A stretch of DNA of 64,000 nucleotides, taken from NCBI GenBank assembly GCA_963722385.1, contig CAVRKK010000001.1, forward strand, positions 128,001-192,000. Direction: 5' to 3'. Below the pieces are notes generated by a model. It was not told the origin of the DNA and did no database searches. It was given only the letters and a program-made list of their open reading frames with translations. This DNA comes from an uncultured bacterium (GTDB lineage: Bacteria; Babelota; Babeliae; Babelales; Babelaceae). The position numbers and the translations under genes are program-made. How positions within the stretch are numbered: position 1 is the stretch's first letter; each line of letters begins with the position of its first letter. Below, piece after piece: positions 1-11,362 of this stretch.

Positions 1-303
1 ACTTTTGCGGTCTTGCCGGCAAAAATTCGTCTGCTTGAAAGATTCTCTATAACCACCTTGACGTAAGAGCTGAGCAAGGCTTCTCGTCGGTGCTGCCGAA
101 TCAATGGGATTGCGGGACCGTCCTTGGTTCAGCCTGCTCAATAGGGGCGCATCCCCAAAAAAACGAGAGCTTGCGCACATCTGAAGGGAGTGTAGGCAAT
201 TGAAGTTCGCGCCTTGAAGGCACAGGAAGTGGCCTAGTATGGATATTAATACAGCACCTAATAGCGATAAGTCTGTTTTTTCTTGACATTTACGCTGGCA
301 CAC
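1..303 (-). CDS. possible 5' part of a hypothetical protein running off the window edge
   Basis: Open frame from GTG 303 to base 1 (VCQRKCQEKTDLSLLGAVLISILGHFLCLQG...) with an N-terminal hydrophobic stretch; no recognisable domain. Confidence 0.3.
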   Translation of the reverse strand, partial: MCQRKCQEKTDLSLLGAVLISILGHFLCLQGANFNCLHSLQMCASSRFFGDAPLLSRLNQGRSRNPIDSAAPTRSLAQLLRQGGYRESFKQTNFCRQDRKS

Positions 304-412
304 CGAATTCTAGAATCAAATTCAATAATTTAAGCGACATGCCTTGTATGCCTGTCTTTACAATAGCAGCTTAGACTTCTAGGTGGCAGGCTTTTTGATG
401 GAAAAATGTTTG

Positions 413-1627
413 CTATGCTTTACTACTTATTGGCTTAAACTCACCGCGTATTAGCTTTTTCTCGATCAGTAACATAAGGATACTCAATGCAAGAAAATAA
501 AGAGGCATTGGTAACAATGTGCCATTATGCAGAGATCCCATGCCAAGGGTAATAAAAGATATAAAGCAGTAATAGAAAAAGCCGAATAGACTTGACGCTG
601 TTCCTATGCACCACTTATATTCTACAAGAGCAAGAGCCAAGGCATTGCTTGTACACATACAAATACCAAACATAATTATCATTTGAGAAATAAGGGTTAT
701 GCCAATCAACCAATTGTTTGGCATATGAAGGTAAGTATTAAGTAATATAAGGCTGCTAAATAGGCACGTTGCTAGGAGTATAACCATGAGCCCATAACGC
801 ATAATTTCTTGTGAGGTATGAGTATCATGTAACTTCTTGGAGACCGTGCCGCCGAGCATGGTACTTGCAGCGATGGCTATAAAGCTTAATCCGAATTGAG
901 TTGAAGATAAGCCCAAAAGCTTTATCAGGAAAAATGATCCTTCAGCAAAATAACTGAAGCTAATACCATTACAAATAGCTACGATGAGCCCGAAACCAAG
1001 TACCTTTTTATTGCGCAATAAGCTCAAGGCCACTTCTATGCTGGAAATAGCTTTTCTAGCGGATGCTAAATGCGTTTCAGGCAAACGTATTAATACCAGG
1101 ATGGTAAGAACAATAGCAAAAGCAATGAGGAATAAAAAAATATTATACCAGCCAAAACTTTGTGCTATAAATCCCCCAATAACGGGACCAATAGCGGGAA
1201 AAACAGCCAAGCTGCTGCCAGTTGAGGAATAGACTTTGCCCAAAGCAGGACCGTGGAAAGCATCTCGACAGATTGCTTGCCCCAGAACACTGCCGACACT
1301 GCCACCAAAGGCTTGAATGAAGCGGCTTACCATTAAGAGGGTAATTGATGTAGATAGATAACACCCGAGACATCCCAACAAGAAAATGAGTAACCCTGCT
1401 AAAACGCATGGCTTGCGACCTGCCTTATCCGATATTTTTCCCCATATAAGAGTTCCAACAGCAAAGCCAAAAAGGTAAATCGTAAGGGTAAACTCTACGA
1501 GAGATTCAGATACCCTTAAGGTACGGGCAATATCTGGCAAAGAAGGCGTGTAAACGGTTTCTGAAAGTAATGGTAGTCCTACGATCAATACGATAAGCCA
1601 AATCGCAGGCAGTAAAACAGCGGTCAT
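413..1627 (-). CDS. Bcr/CflA-family MFS drug resistance transporter
   Basis: About 12 hydrophobic segments; YTPSLPDIA, motif A GKISDKAGRKP, RFIQAFG, PAIGPVIGG; GGAG RBS before ATG 1627. Confidence 0.92.
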   Translation of the reverse strand: MTAVLLPAIWLIVLIVGLPLLSETVYTPSLPDIARTLRVSESLVEFTLTIYLFGFAVGTLIWGKISDKAGRKPCVLAGLLIFLLGCLGCYLSTSITLLMVSRFIQAFGGSVGSVLGQAICRDAFHGPALGKVYSSTGSSLAVFPAIGPVIGGFIAQSFGWYNIFLFLIAFAIVLTILVLIRLPETHLASARKAISSIEVALSLLRNKKVLGFGLIVAICNGISFSYFAEGSFFLIKLLGLSSTQFGLSFIAIAASTMLGGTVSKKLHDTHTSQEIMRYGLMVILLATCLFSSLILLNTYLHMPNNWLIGITLISQMIIMFGICMCTSNALALALVEYKWCIGTASSLFGFFYYCFISFITLGMGSLHNGTLLPMPLYFLALSILMLLIEKKLIRGEFKPISSKA

Positions 1628-1739
1628 GCTTTCTCCAAATGTCAATGAAAAATCATTATAACATAACTTTTTAGCGAATAATAGCATTTTGCTAAAATAT
1701 TGAGCAAATTCTATTAAAAAATATTCTTACAAATCTGAT

Positions 1740-1976
1740 ATATCAAGCTTCATTAAAGCTAATATAAATAAGCGCTTTATTGCGAGTGCTCCTAAAGTTC
1801 ACCATGCTGATTTAGAACGTGTTCTTTATATGCTTGGTTTTTTGGCCGAACATACGGATGACCTACTGTCCTTAATAAAAGAGTGGGAGACCAGCGGAGT
1901 ATGTAAGTTGCCAGAAAAAAGGGATTTTATGAGCAGCGATTTTAGTATACATAGAATGAAATTAAGCAATATATAG
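1740..1976 (+). pseudogene. C-terminal remnant of the HExxH secreted family
   Basis: Translates as HHADLERVLYMLGFLAEHTDDLLSLIKEWETSGVC, matching HPSDVERALYMIGFLTHHGFNVPKLLDEWEKQGVC of 60346..62049; no start or N-terminus. Confidence 0.75.
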
Positions 1977-2162
1977 TGCTTGGGAAAAGTGTATACTTTA
2001 AGCGTAAACAATACAAAAGGTTTGATTTGTATGTAGGGTCAAGCCTTTTGTATCAGATAAAAGACCAATCTGCCAAAACTTCAATAAAAAATTCTTAATG
2101 ATGCTGGCTTCTCAATTTCGGAGTAAAATAATACTTATCAACATTTTTACTATGAGGAATTT

Positions 2163-2786
2163 ATGTTTTTGAAGTTTTTATATAGAGCGACTATCCTTAC
2201 GGCGCTATCATTCGCTTGCTTTTATCAAACAAAAGCAGCTAATAATTCAGATTTAGGCAAAACTGACATCGCGGTCTTATGTCTGCAAGAGCCTTTTAGC
2301 GGATGGCTTAATAATAGGTTTAATTACTTTATCGATCTTAACAATCACGATAGTATGCATTGTTTGCTGCAGGATTTTACTAACATGTTGCTAGAAAACG
2401 ATGCACTTAATCCAGGTATTGAAGAAACACTTAAATTAATTGGGGGCATGAAAAGTGCTCAAGAAATTTTTGCATCCTATAGCATACGCGTGAATGTTAT
2501 CCCTAACTCTATTAGAAAGCATCTACCAGCCCTCTTTAAGGATGATCTTTTTGCCAAGATAATAAATGAACGGATAAAGGCTAATGATGCTATTGACTGC
2601 AGCTCTATTGTCGTTCCTGAACCGGAGATCCATTGGTGGCAATGCCGTGACAAAAAACACGCATCGAAATGTTTGCTTCCTGCCGTTGAATATGCGATGT
2701 TTGGCGTAGGATTAATAACACTTTTTTTAATCTCTCTAAAGTCTTGCGAAAATCGAGGCCGAAATTTAAAGCACGTTGAAGTTTGA
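2163..2786 (+). CDS. hypothetical protein, signal peptide plus C-terminal TM helix
   Basis: GAGG RBS, N-terminal signal peptide, hydrophobic AMFGVGLITLFLISL near the C-terminus. Confidence 0.75.
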   Translation: MFLKFLYRATILTALSFACFYQTKAANNSDLGKTDIAVLCLQEPFSGWLNNRFNYFIDLNNHDSMHCLLQDFTNMLLENDALNPGIEETLKLIGGMKSAQEIFASYSIRVNVIPNSIRKHLPALFKDDLFAKIINERIKANDAIDCSSIVVPEPEIHWWQCRDKKHASKCLLPAVEYAMFGVGLITLFLISLKSCENRGRNLKHVEV

Positions 2787-3784
2787 GCACAGCTTCCATT
2801 ATCTTAAGCGAGAAATAGGACGAATAGACTTCTAAGCAGGCATCAAGGGCTTGATTAGTAGCTTTAAGACTTGAAATGAAGCCTCTGGTAAGCGAAAAGC
2901 TCCCGCTGAGATTATTGATTGTCTAGCGAATATAGCTTGCGGATCGCTATTATGATATTCTTACCGTAGCTCAGCAGAGTATATCGAACGCTGTCAGAGC
3001 TTACTATAGTGAAGCACAGATATTAAGATCTGTTGATTTAATCCATAGATTTTCGTAAGCTTGCTTTATTAAAATTATTTATGTTTGCTATTATTGGTAT
3101 AGTATTGCTGAATATTGGCAATTTGAGCCTAATGGCTGAAAATTATTTTGAAAGAATAGCCAAGCTAGAAACCTATAAGGGATTAGATAAGCATTAGCTC
3201 GAAATACTTTTGAAAAGAGCACGTACTGATATCAAAAAAATCAGGGGAATGTCCCTTTATTCCTGATGACTTATCCGAAATCAGGCACAAAGTTTGTAGG
3301 TGGCAAATGTGGCTCAACCGTAGTCAATTATTGACAAAGTAATGTTTGTGCTCTATTCTGTGAGCTGAACTTGTATAGGCGCGACATCGTCGACACCCAC
3401 CTCTTTAAATGAAAATAATATAAAATTTAATATATAAAATATGTTCATTTTATAATAAACCTTGCCGAAGGATAAAAAGCAATCAAAATGCCTTTTAGAG
3501 AGCATTGGCAATCGGGCAATACAAATCTATTAACCGCCTCAAAAAATGTCGTCCTAAAGCAACCTTGTTGCCTTAATATTGCTTCTTATAGAAATCAATC
3601 AGTGTTTTTTAATTTGTATAAACACTAAACTGCAATTTGACCATTTATTGCGCTCGTCTATTCATGAAATTAGACCCAAGCAATTTCTTTTGTTGCCTAA
3701 GAAAGGGTTCTTAAAAAAGAAGTATTGGCGCCACTTTTTTATATCAATGTTAACAAATCAGAATTTGTTGACATTGATATAAGG

Positions 3785-4148
3785 CGTTATGGCCTCATGG
3801 TTATACTAGGAGCAACGTGCTTATTTAGCGGTCTTATTATTACTTAATACTCACTGCCGAGTTATTGGCATAACTCTTATTGCTCAAATGATAATTATGT
3901 TTGGTATCTGTATGTGCACAAGTAATGCATTGGCTCTTGCTCTTGTAGAATATACATGGTGTCTAAGAATCGCATCAAGCCTATTTGGTTTTTTCTATTA
4001 CTGCTTTATATCTCTTATTATACTTGGCATGGGCTCCCTGCATAATGGAACATTATTACCAATGCCTCTTTGCTTTCTTGCATTGAGCATTGTTATGGTA
4101 TTTATCGAGAAAATGCTCATACAAGATGGGGTAAAGTACAGTAATTAG
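3785..4148 (+). pseudogene. inverted, diverged copy of the 3' part of the Bcr/CflA MFS gene
   Basis: MIIMFGICMCTSNALALALVEY...GMGSLHNGTLLPMPL is near-identical to the C-terminus of 413..1627; 5' part absent. Confidence 0.9.
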
Positions 4149-4179
4149 AATTATTCTAATCATATAAAAATGAGAGCAA

Positions 4180-4212
4180 GTTAAAGCCCTGTTAAATTAA
4201 CAGGGCTTTAAC
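4180..4212. terminator. perfect 16-bp inverted repeat between convergent ORFs, probable terminator
   Basis: gttaaagccctgttaa-a-ttaacagggctttaac. Confidence 0.65.
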
Positions 4213-4245
4213 CATCATCATTCTCTGCATGTAGCTTAAGTTGAA

Positions 4246-4656
4246 TTAAGCCTTTGCTTCCCCAATAGACCAATCTGTTTCACACCTTTTAGTGTCGGTA
4301 ATTTCAAGCGTAAGTGGTCCTTCTGTCCTAGCGTGGACCTCAACATCTTTGTGATATTTATCTACAGGGGGAGTATTTGTATCGCCCCACCAAATTTCAG
4401 CCGATATTATACGACATTTCTCTGGCACTTCTTCACTTCTTTTTTCTCCTGGCTTAAGATTATAAAATTTAATAGTATCCCATTGGCATCGGGTCCCTGG
4501 ATCTCCAATATAGTTTCTAGGCGTAATCCGAGCCGATAAAAGCTTGTCAGATTTATTAATAAGTGTTAACGGTACCTCACCGTACCTCTCAAGGGCTCTC
4601 AATGTAGCAATAACTAGCATTACCGTTATAAAAAAACTAAATTTTAAGACCTTCAT
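4246..4656 (-). CDS. small secreted hypothetical protein (N...PG...C family)
   Basis: Signal peptide; LTLINKS...LKPGEKRS...C pattern shared with 24608, 41075 and the N-domain of 15957. Confidence 0.75.
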   Translation of the reverse strand: MKVLKFSFFITVMLVIATLRALERYGEVPLTLINKSDKLLSARITPRNYIGDPGTRCQWDTIKFYNLKPGEKRSEEVPEKCRIISAEIWWGDTNTPPVDKYHKDVEVHARTEGPLTLEITDTKRCETDWSIGEAKA

Positions 4657-4864
4657 TGCACTCCTTTTGTTTTGTGTTAGTATACAATGTTATTTAATTG
4701 CATCAAAACTCTTTTGGCGCAATTAATTCTAATATATTTTAATATACTTTAAATATTTTCTATTTGTCAACAAGTCGGTTTCTTCGGTAAATATCCTATC
4801 TGGATTTTGGAGAAACTATTCGTGAAATATAAAGGTTTTTAATTGTCGATCGCCTTTCATCCCC

Positions 4865-6262
4865 GATAGAGTCCATATAATTGTGTAAAAAGGTAAAAGC
4901 TTAAGCGGGCCATCAACCTTCGTGTTAAGATAAAAATGGAACGAAACACAAAGAAGGATAGCCCACTATGGATGGTATCAATATAGCTAAGAGATGGCAA
5001 GAAGCATTGATCAATCAAGAAGATTATATGCGCGAGATGATTAATAAGGTATGCCAAGAGGTTCTTGAAGGTGAATTCGAGAAGTTTATAGGAGCGCAAG
5101 CATACGAACGAACTGATACGAGAAAAGGGTACCGGAACGGTCGCTATACAAGGCAATTGAAGACACGGGTAGGTTCATTACTATTGGAGGTATGTAGAGA
5201 CCGTGAAGGTGAATTCCAACCAGAGCTCTTTGACAGATATCAAAGGAGTGAGAAAGCGCTTATGCTGTCAATAGCAGAGATGTATATCGCAGGTGTAGGA
5301 ACCCGCAAAGTGAACCAAGTAATGGAAGAGCTCTGCGGTATAAGTATATCCAAGAGCCAAGTGAGTAATCTGGTACGACAACTTGATAGTGAAGTACAAG
5401 AATGGAGAGAAAGAGCTCTTATCATACCATATCGTTACTTGGTCATTGACGCACGTTACGAGAAAGTGCGTGAAAACGGATGTGTTGTTAGTAAGGCGTT
5501 TATTGTTGTGCTTGGTATCACCTATGATGGAGTACGTGAAGTAATTGGTTGTTGGGTAGTTAATAGTGAGTCATATGAGGCCTGGGATGATTGCTTTAGA
5601 AGGCTTAAAGAAAGAGGCCTTAAAGGTATTGAGTACGTTGTATAACAAAGGTCTTCGTAAGGCACTTGGAAAGTACTTCCAAGAGGTAAAGTTACAACGT
5701 TGCCAAGTACACTTCCTGCGCAACTTTATAGATAAGCTTGCTAAGAGTGATCAGTCAATTGCAATAAGACTTCTACAAGATGTGTTTGCAACAGGAACAA
5801 GGGATGATGCGATGGCACGTGTACAGAAAGTCCATGAGTTCTTACTAAGCAGAAAGAAAGAACCGGTTGCTGAATGGCTTGATGAGAATATAGAGGAAAC
5901 ACTAACAGTTCTTCAATTGCCTATTGAGCATCGAAAGAAAATGAAATCAACGAATATGCTTGAGCGACTTAATCAAGAATTGAAGAGACGTTCCCGGGTT
6001 GTGCGGATCTTCCCCAATGCGAACAGTTGCTTGAGATTGTTGAGCGCGTTATGTCAAGAAACGTCGGAAAACTGGGGCAATAGAAAGTATCTCGATATGC
6101 ATGTATGAGGTGAAACGACATAATTGAAACTGGAACTGGTACACCCCTCGGGGTGTGTTGTTGTTGCTTGCTTAAAAAGCTGCGCAACAACTCATTGATA
6201 TATTGAAATTATTGAATGTCGGAACCACGAAGGGGAAAGTACACAAAAATCTGGACTTGACT
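4865..6262 (+). mobile_element. IS256-family insertion sequence
   Basis: Ends gatagagtccatataattgtgtaaaa and gtacacaaaaatctggacttgact resemble IS256 IRs; flanked by direct repeat ttcatcccc (4856-4864, 6263-6271). Confidence 0.93.
4968..6108 (+). pseudogene. IS256/Mutator DDE transposase, frameshifted near 5643
   Basis: GYRNGRYTRQLKTRVG, LVIDARYEKVR, QRCQVHFLRN, STNMLERLNQELKRR; the two frames join at EYVV/NKGLRKAL where the usual SD motif is missing. Confidence 0.92.
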
Positions 6263-6411
6263 TTCATCCCCTAGGGTGAGCAGATTACAACTTTACCGCT
6301 ATTAATAAAAATAAATAACTGCTGATTATTGGCTTTATCTTAATATTGTTGACAATTAGAAACTCAAAATGATAATATTGCTAATAATATCTAATATAAG
6401 AGGCGAGTTTA

Positions 6412-7212
6412 ATGAAAAAATTTATTCTCATCATACTCATAGCAGCAGGCATTTTTCCTTTATACTCCTTGGGGCAAAGCGAGTTTTCGCCTGGAGCGAT
6501 AAGCACTGGACTAAAGGGCCTTCACTCAGGAGCCGAAGCACTAGCAAAAACACTTTTAGTGCCACTTGCAAACGGATTGACCGGCTTTGCTGAAGAAACA
6601 AATGATTTTTTAGGCAAGATAATGAAGAAAGTGGCAAGCGAATCTTCAAATTGGGACCTCACCGAGAAAGTAACGTTTGCCTTAGGAATGGTAGTAGGAT
6701 ATGTGTCACCAATGCTTGTTTCCTTTGGACTTTTTAAGCTGCTTCCAGAATCGCATATACCTTACATTGCAGCCTCCTATGTCATGGGTACTTCAATCCT
6801 TACAGTGGCAAATGCTTATAAGCAACTGTTTGCCCCTGAGATTTCTGGCAGCTCTGTTTTGTCGGGCCTTAAAGAAGGGACTCTTGCTGGATTAAGATCT
6901 CCTTTAACGTTACTCTTAAAAGGGTTTGAAAGCATCAACAAAGACGCACATAATTTTGTAGAACAATTAAAAAAGGCAAGTACTCATTGGTCGTCAAGCC
7001 AGAAAACGCTCTTTAGCGTAGGCTTTCTTGTAGGAACTACACTGCCAATTATCACAACATATCTTGCTATGAAGAGTTTTCCAAAATCGTATGTTCCACC
7101 TGCCATGCTTGGGACAGTAGGAGGGACAACTTTTATTCGAATCGCTAACATACTTGCTGCTGCTACGGGTGGCACTTTATTAGATAAAAAAGAGCAAACT
7201 ATAAGCGGCTGA
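6412..7212 (+). CDS. secreted/membrane hypothetical protein with two-fold internal repeat
   Basis: Signal peptide; repeats SSNWDLTEKVTFALGMVVG..LPESHIP and STHWSSSQKTLFSVGFLVG..FPKSYVP. Confidence 0.8.
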   Translation: MKKFILIILIAAGIFPLYSLGQSEFSPGAISTGLKGLHSGAEALAKTLLVPLANGLTGFAEETNDFLGKIMKKVASESSNWDLTEKVTFALGMVVGYVSPMLVSFGLFKLLPESHIPYIAASYVMGTSILTVANAYKQLFAPEISGSSVLSGLKEGTLAGLRSPLTLLLKGFESINKDAHNFVEQLKKASTHWSSSQKTLFSVGFLVGTTLPIITTYLAMKSFPKSYVPPAMLGTVGGTTFIRIANILAAATGGTLLDKKEQTISG

Positions 7213-7214
7213 CT

Positions 7215-8288
7215 TTAAAGCAACCCATAAAATGGGTCGGACAAGGCATGGGGCACACGTGGCTCAAGAGCTTGCGGAGTCTCAACTCCTTGTAAAGAGA
7301 GCAACAATCGTACACTATAGTGCTCCCCTGTAGATTGGGCTGCATTTAAAGCATACTTTAACAATCGATTCCTTTGCGTCTGCTCAAAATCTTGTAATAC
7401 ATCATAGAGTAGTTTTAGCACGTTATCACTACCACTCTGCGCTGCTGCAATTAAAACTGGAGCAATAAGCTGATCAAGATCTAGAGAAGGGGCCTCTAAA
7501 AGCATTTTAATCCGATCAGCTTGGTCACGTGCAGCTGCGTAAGTAAGAGCAAGTTGCAGATCATAGGCTGCATAAGAGCCCAGCCTTACGATTTGTCTAT
7601 CAAAAAGTATAGCTTGTAACAAAGGAAAGTCTGCTAAAAGATGCTCAGCTAAATGGTTTCTATACTGAATCAGCCAACTTTTAAGTATTTCGGGCAAGCA
7701 AGCTCCACGGGAAATGAGATAAAAAACAATATTTTTGGCTCCCTCGCGAATGGAGGAGGTTGTTGGACTTATAAAAGCTGCAAGAGCATGGTATAAGGAT
7801 GGGTATTGGCAACTATCGGCTTCGCAAACAGAAACACCATAACTTTCCACAAGAAGTTTTACTATATTAATGGCACCCCAACCTGCAGCAAGATGCAGTA
7901 TAGTCTTGCCTAAACTATTGCGGGTTTTAATATTGATCCTGCCCGCATCGATGCCCTCTTTTATTTTCTCTACCTGATCCGCTATAATTGCCTGGCGTAG
8001 ATGAGGGCGATTAGAAGGATTAAGCTCCAAACTCCAATCAAATGGCTCTGTTTGAACAGGCATAGTGCTAGGTGCGGTGATAATTCGAAGAGCTCGCTGC
8101 CGGGAAGATTTGGTAGTAGAGTTTTGTGGAGCTATAAGTTGGCCAGACGTAGAATGTGGTTGAACTCGGGAAGCTCTTGACGGTACATATGCCCACTGAT
8201 AGGGAGGCTGTTCAGGATGCTCCATGGAAAACAGTATCGCCGAACCAAAAAAATACCAAGCAAATATACACCAATTCCACAGTTGCAC
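7215..8288 (-). CDS. secreted ankyrin-repeat protein
   Basis: GKTILHLAAGWGAINIVKLLVE ankyrin; probable GTG start 8288 after AAGGA; signal peptide ends LFS-MEHP. Confidence 0.85.
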   Translation of the reverse strand: MQLWNWCIFAWYFFGSAILFSMEHPEQPPYQWAYVPSRASRVQPHSTSGQLIAPQNSTTKSSRQRALRIITAPSTMPVQTEPFDWSLELNPSNRPHLRQAIIADQVEKIKEGIDAGRINIKTRNSLGKTILHLAAGWGAINIVKLLVESYGVSVCEADSCQYPSLYHALAAFISPTTSSIREGAKNIVFYLISRGACLPEILKSWLIQYRNHLAEHLLADFPLLQAILFDRQIVRLGSYAAYDLQLALTYAAARDQADRIKMLLEAPSLDLDQLIAPVLIAAAQSGSDNVLKLLYDVLQDFEQTQRNRLLKYALNAAQSTGEHYSVRLLLSLQGVETPQALEPRVPHALSDPFYGLL

Positions 8289-8459
8289 TTGATTCCTTTC
8301 TATATTTTCAATATGATTAATTAACAATAAAATAGCACAAATAAAGCATTTAGAAAAATTATTTTTGCCTGTGCAAAATACGGAAAATATTCCTTTCAAC
8401 ATGGAGCGTAGTTTATAATTAAAATAAGAGCCAGCGAGAAGAAACAATACGGTCATTTA

Positions 8460-9133
8460 CTACTTTCTAAGAAAAGCTCTCATTTTCTTTTTACCAAACT
8501 TAGTCAACGTAACAAAATTTGCTTCTTCTATAGCATCCATAAGCTCTTGCAAGCCCTTATTTGCATATTCTAATGAAAGGCCTAGAGCATACTAAAATTG
8601 TTGATTTAAAAGAAATTGGGCAATCGAAAAAGAACCTTCGCATTCCTCATGCGTCGAATTTTGTGCAACGGCATAGAAGAGTGCTTGATCAAGATAAGGT
8701 ACCCAGAGATCTAAATTACTTTTAATGCTTTCTTCGAGCTGATTATAAAGCAGCCGGAAAACATCAATGTGACCATTAAGTGCCGCAAGAACAAGCGATT
8801 CGCCATAAGCCCGCAAGCCCGCCAAATCATGAGCTTGCATCTTGTTAAAAAGCGGCATGAGCCATTCTACAATAACAGAAACTCCTTATATTTTATAAGG
8901 GGATATTTTCTCTCGATTCCGCCAGTAAGTGTAATAGTAACTATATAATTAACATCCGCGCCTTTTTTTATAGTTTCCTCGGCTGCCTCATAATCTCCTT
9001 TATTGATTGCTTGCGCTAGAGCAATCGATAAAGCTTTTTTCGTATCATGTCTTTCTGGCGCCTCCATTGAAATAAGGTAGTGCGAAATTATTGATAAACA
9101 AAGAAATAGTAAAAGCGGCTTTTTAAGATCCAT
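8460..9133 (-). pseudogene. ankyrin-family pseudogene (internal deletion, frameshift, premature stop)
   Basis: AYGESLVLAALNGH...YLDQALFYAVAQ closely matches 31708..32829; split at ~8865 and stop at 8592. Confidence 0.85.
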
Positions 9134-9650
9134 TATATTGCCTTGTTTGCGATTATTAATATATCAATTATATTAATCAATATATTAATAAATAGCCAAT
9201 AATGGAATCAGGGGTCACATCTGTTTTTTAAATATTCATCGATCTCTTCATTAGAGTAAATAAAAAGGGTCCGAATCCTTACTATTACCATAGGGTGCTT
9301 GAGGCAAGGGTAATTCAGTCGAAAAATAACGAGCTTGCAGAAAAAGATAAGCGCGTTGAAGATCTAGAAAAAGTAATAAAAATAATTTCAGGGAACGACC
9401 TTTGCCGCAAGGATCAAGCTGATGAATTAACACGATTAATAAAGGATTTGCGCGCTACCGTTACGCCAAAGGCACAAGAAAGCATTGAGACCAATGATAA
9501 AATAATTGACATCCTCAGGAAATGTAGTGCCGTGGATCCTGTATTAACGGTATTTGGTTTAGATAAAATTAAAAATGCTTAATCTTCTACCAATGACGTA
9601 GCAAAAAGGGCTTAAGATAGCTTTATCCAAGGGCATTATGATGCTAAGCA

Positions 9651-10925
9651 TTATACCACAACTTGAACAAAGTTATGCTCTTCCTGAACTTTAAAAACCG
9701 CATCACTGTGAGGAAGCTTTTGTATCAAAAATTCCCTTAATATCTTAATAAAGTCCCAAGCAGACATAGATTTTTCAGCTAGTTTTTGCGCTTTTGGAAA
9801 ATCAGAAGGCGCAACCCATATAGCTATAGTTCTTTTGCCCTTAATAGAAACATCTTGAGAGGCATTCTTTTTTATTTGCTCATTTATAATTTCAGCAAGC
9901 TGTGAAACTATCGCCTTTTCTAAAGGACTTAGAGTTCCGAGGCCTTGAGCAAGATTTAATATAGGCTCGTCTCCTTGCTGTATATGGCGCGAAATACGCC
10001 AATTACGGTAAGCAGCATGTGATTTTACTTGATTTTCCATAGAGATACGCTGATTATTGAGCCACTTTGTATCCGCAATCTTCTCAATTGGTTGCTTTCG
10101 GCATTCAGCAGCGGCCTTTAAGATGGTATCATAGAGGAGCGGAGAAGCCATAGCTAATAATTGTTGAATACCCGAGCCCCACGTATCTACATCAATGAGC
10201 CAAATACCTCGGCCGTCACTTGCCAAGGGAAAATTATTAAATTTGACATCATCGACATTTGTTTTGCATAAGAAGATAGTAAGCTGCCTAAAAAGCTCTT
10301 TAAAATAATCGAGCAGCCAAGGATAATGCTCGAAAAGCTCATAAATATATAAGTAGAGATCTTCCTGATGAGAAAAATCGGAGCTTCCTTTCAGCCTTTT
10401 TTCAATGAGAATTTGACACTTTTTCTTGTCGCCCACTGGGCCCAAAAGTACATCTATCACACGATAAGCGGGCACGTGAAGAAGATCTAGGCAATTTTCT
10501 TTTATAACCTTTTCTGCTTCTTTCGTTCGTTCAATACGAGCTTCGCTTATTGCGCTAAAGCAACTAAGCTTTAACTTCAGTACCCAATCAGGAAGGTCTT
10601 TAAAGCTAAGCACTAAAAGATTACCTCCTCTAAGAAATTCTATATTGGGGTAGCTTTCGTCAGGGTTAGGTATTTCTTTAAGCTTCTCCATTCTTTTCTT
10701 TATCTCTGCAACGACGTTATCAGGTACCTGTGTGCTTTGACCTCTTACTTCGCTACATGAATGCCGCGTATTCTTTTTTATAGCAGCAATAACCTCGTCT
10801 TTCCAATCAAGCTTACAATGCTCAGGATTTCCCCATGCATAAGCTATATTTTCACAGCTGGAAACACTTAGCGCAGATATCTCCAGAGAAAAAAGCGCAA
10901 GAATCAGTAAAATAAAAGTCCACAT
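9651..10925 (-). CDS. secreted protein with atypical protein-kinase-like motifs
   Basis: Signal peptide; WVLK, DDVKFNN and WLIDVD in kinase order; function inferred. Confidence 0.7.
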   Translation of the reverse strand: MWTFILLILALFSLEISALSVSSCENIAYAWGNPEHCKLDWKDEVIAAIKKNTRHSCSEVRGQSTQVPDNVVAEIKKRMEKLKEIPNPDESYPNIEFLRGGNLLVLSFKDLPDWVLKLKLSCFSAISEARIERTKEAEKVIKENCLDLLHVPAYRVIDVLLGPVGDKKKCQILIEKRLKGSSDFSHQEDLYLYIYELFEHYPWLLDYFKELFRQLTIFLCKTNVDDVKFNNFPLASDGRGIWLIDVDTWGSGIQQLLAMASPLLYDTILKAAAECRKQPIEKIADTKWLNNQRISMENQVKSHAAYRNWRISRHIQQGDEPILNLAQGLGTLSPLEKAIVSQLAEIINEQIKKNASQDVSIKGKRTIAIWVAPSDFPKAQKLAEKSMSAWDFIKILREFLIQKLPHSDAVFKVQEEHNFVQVVV

Positions 10926-11362
10926 TATAGTTGCCCCAATTGATTAAAAGTATTATCTTTTTAATAATTAACACAATTGAATGTCAAAAATCAATATATT
11001 TTGGAGAAGAGCAAGAAAAAGTCGAGCCATCGAAATACGAGGAAAAAATAACTATTTCTTGAAAGAACCATATACCAGAGGCAACCTCAAAATATTTATT
11101 ATTAAAGGTTACTTCGTAGAGCGAACTTGTTGTTAGCAAACACAGAGCTCTTAATATTGCTTATAAGCGAATAACAATCAATATATTCTCTCGCTTTAAT
11201 TTTGTCCAGTTCAGATAAAAGCAGATGAGAACTGGCAGCCGAATAAGCAAAAATGGTTATTCAATAATAGGAATGCTCGAACATTATCTCCTAACAGCGC
11301 TTGCCGGCGCTCTTCCAGCGAAGACATTATTTGCTAAAAATTACAAAAGGGAGAGCGATACG

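Noticed and set aside
2930..3270. Short coding-like stretches (MAENYFERIAKLETYKG...)
   Set aside because: Interrupted by stops and not assignable to any family
9295..9582. 95-aa ORF as a real gene
   Set aside because: GTG start without clear RBS and no domain; probably a 3' remnant
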